Part shown: positions 6,656 to 6,656 of the stretch, one piece after another | How the letters are laid out: each line of letters opens with the position of its first letter | How positions within the stretch are numbered: position 1 is the first letter of the stretch | Assembly (NCBI GenBank): GCA_054661495.1 | Contig: BAAFSQ010000430.1 | Coordinates: forward strand, 1 to 6,656 | DNA length: 6,656 nucleotides | Direction: 5' to 3' | Source of the DNA: Zygophlyctis sp. KS116 | Taxonomy: Eukaryota; Fungi; Chytridiomycota | Notes under the pieces: generated by a model | What the model saw: only the letters and a program-made list of their open reading frames with translations | The model's database searches: none | What the model was told of the DNA's origin: nothing | Translations under genes and position numbers: made by a program

Positions 6656-6656
6656 A

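Noticed and set aside
1-6656. Ciliate origin or a reassigned genetic code suggested by the tiny introns
   Set aside because: The long exons of BDP1, DHHC and the transposase contain no in-frame TAA or TAG, and TAA, TAG and TGA all act as terminators.

Overview
AT-rich, gene-dense eukaryotic DNA in the standard genetic code, most likely from an early-diverging fungus or relative (inference). All 11 introns I could reconstruct are only 26-32 nt. In order, the window holds: (1) the 3' part of an unknown 4-exon gene (+, <1..862); (2) BDP1, the TFIIIB B'' subunit (+, 921..2115, one 28-nt intron); (3) a 6-exon DHHC palmitoyltransferase (-, 2261..3271); (4) a complete 1918-bp hAT DNA transposon (3805..5722) with 13-bp TIRs, an intact 8-bp TSD (AAAGTGAA), 31-bp-period subterminal repeat arrays at both ends and a frameshifted transposase carrying two tiny introns; (5) a small Cys-rich, probably secreted protein gene with a damaged 5' end, into whose 3' flank the hAT inserted; (6) the probable 3' end of another unknown gene. 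The most striking observation is that one transposase intron (5056..5083) is built almost entirely from perfect tandem copies of its flanking exon sequence, which looks like an intron caught at birth. No searches were run; family calls rest on motifs read directly from the sequence.
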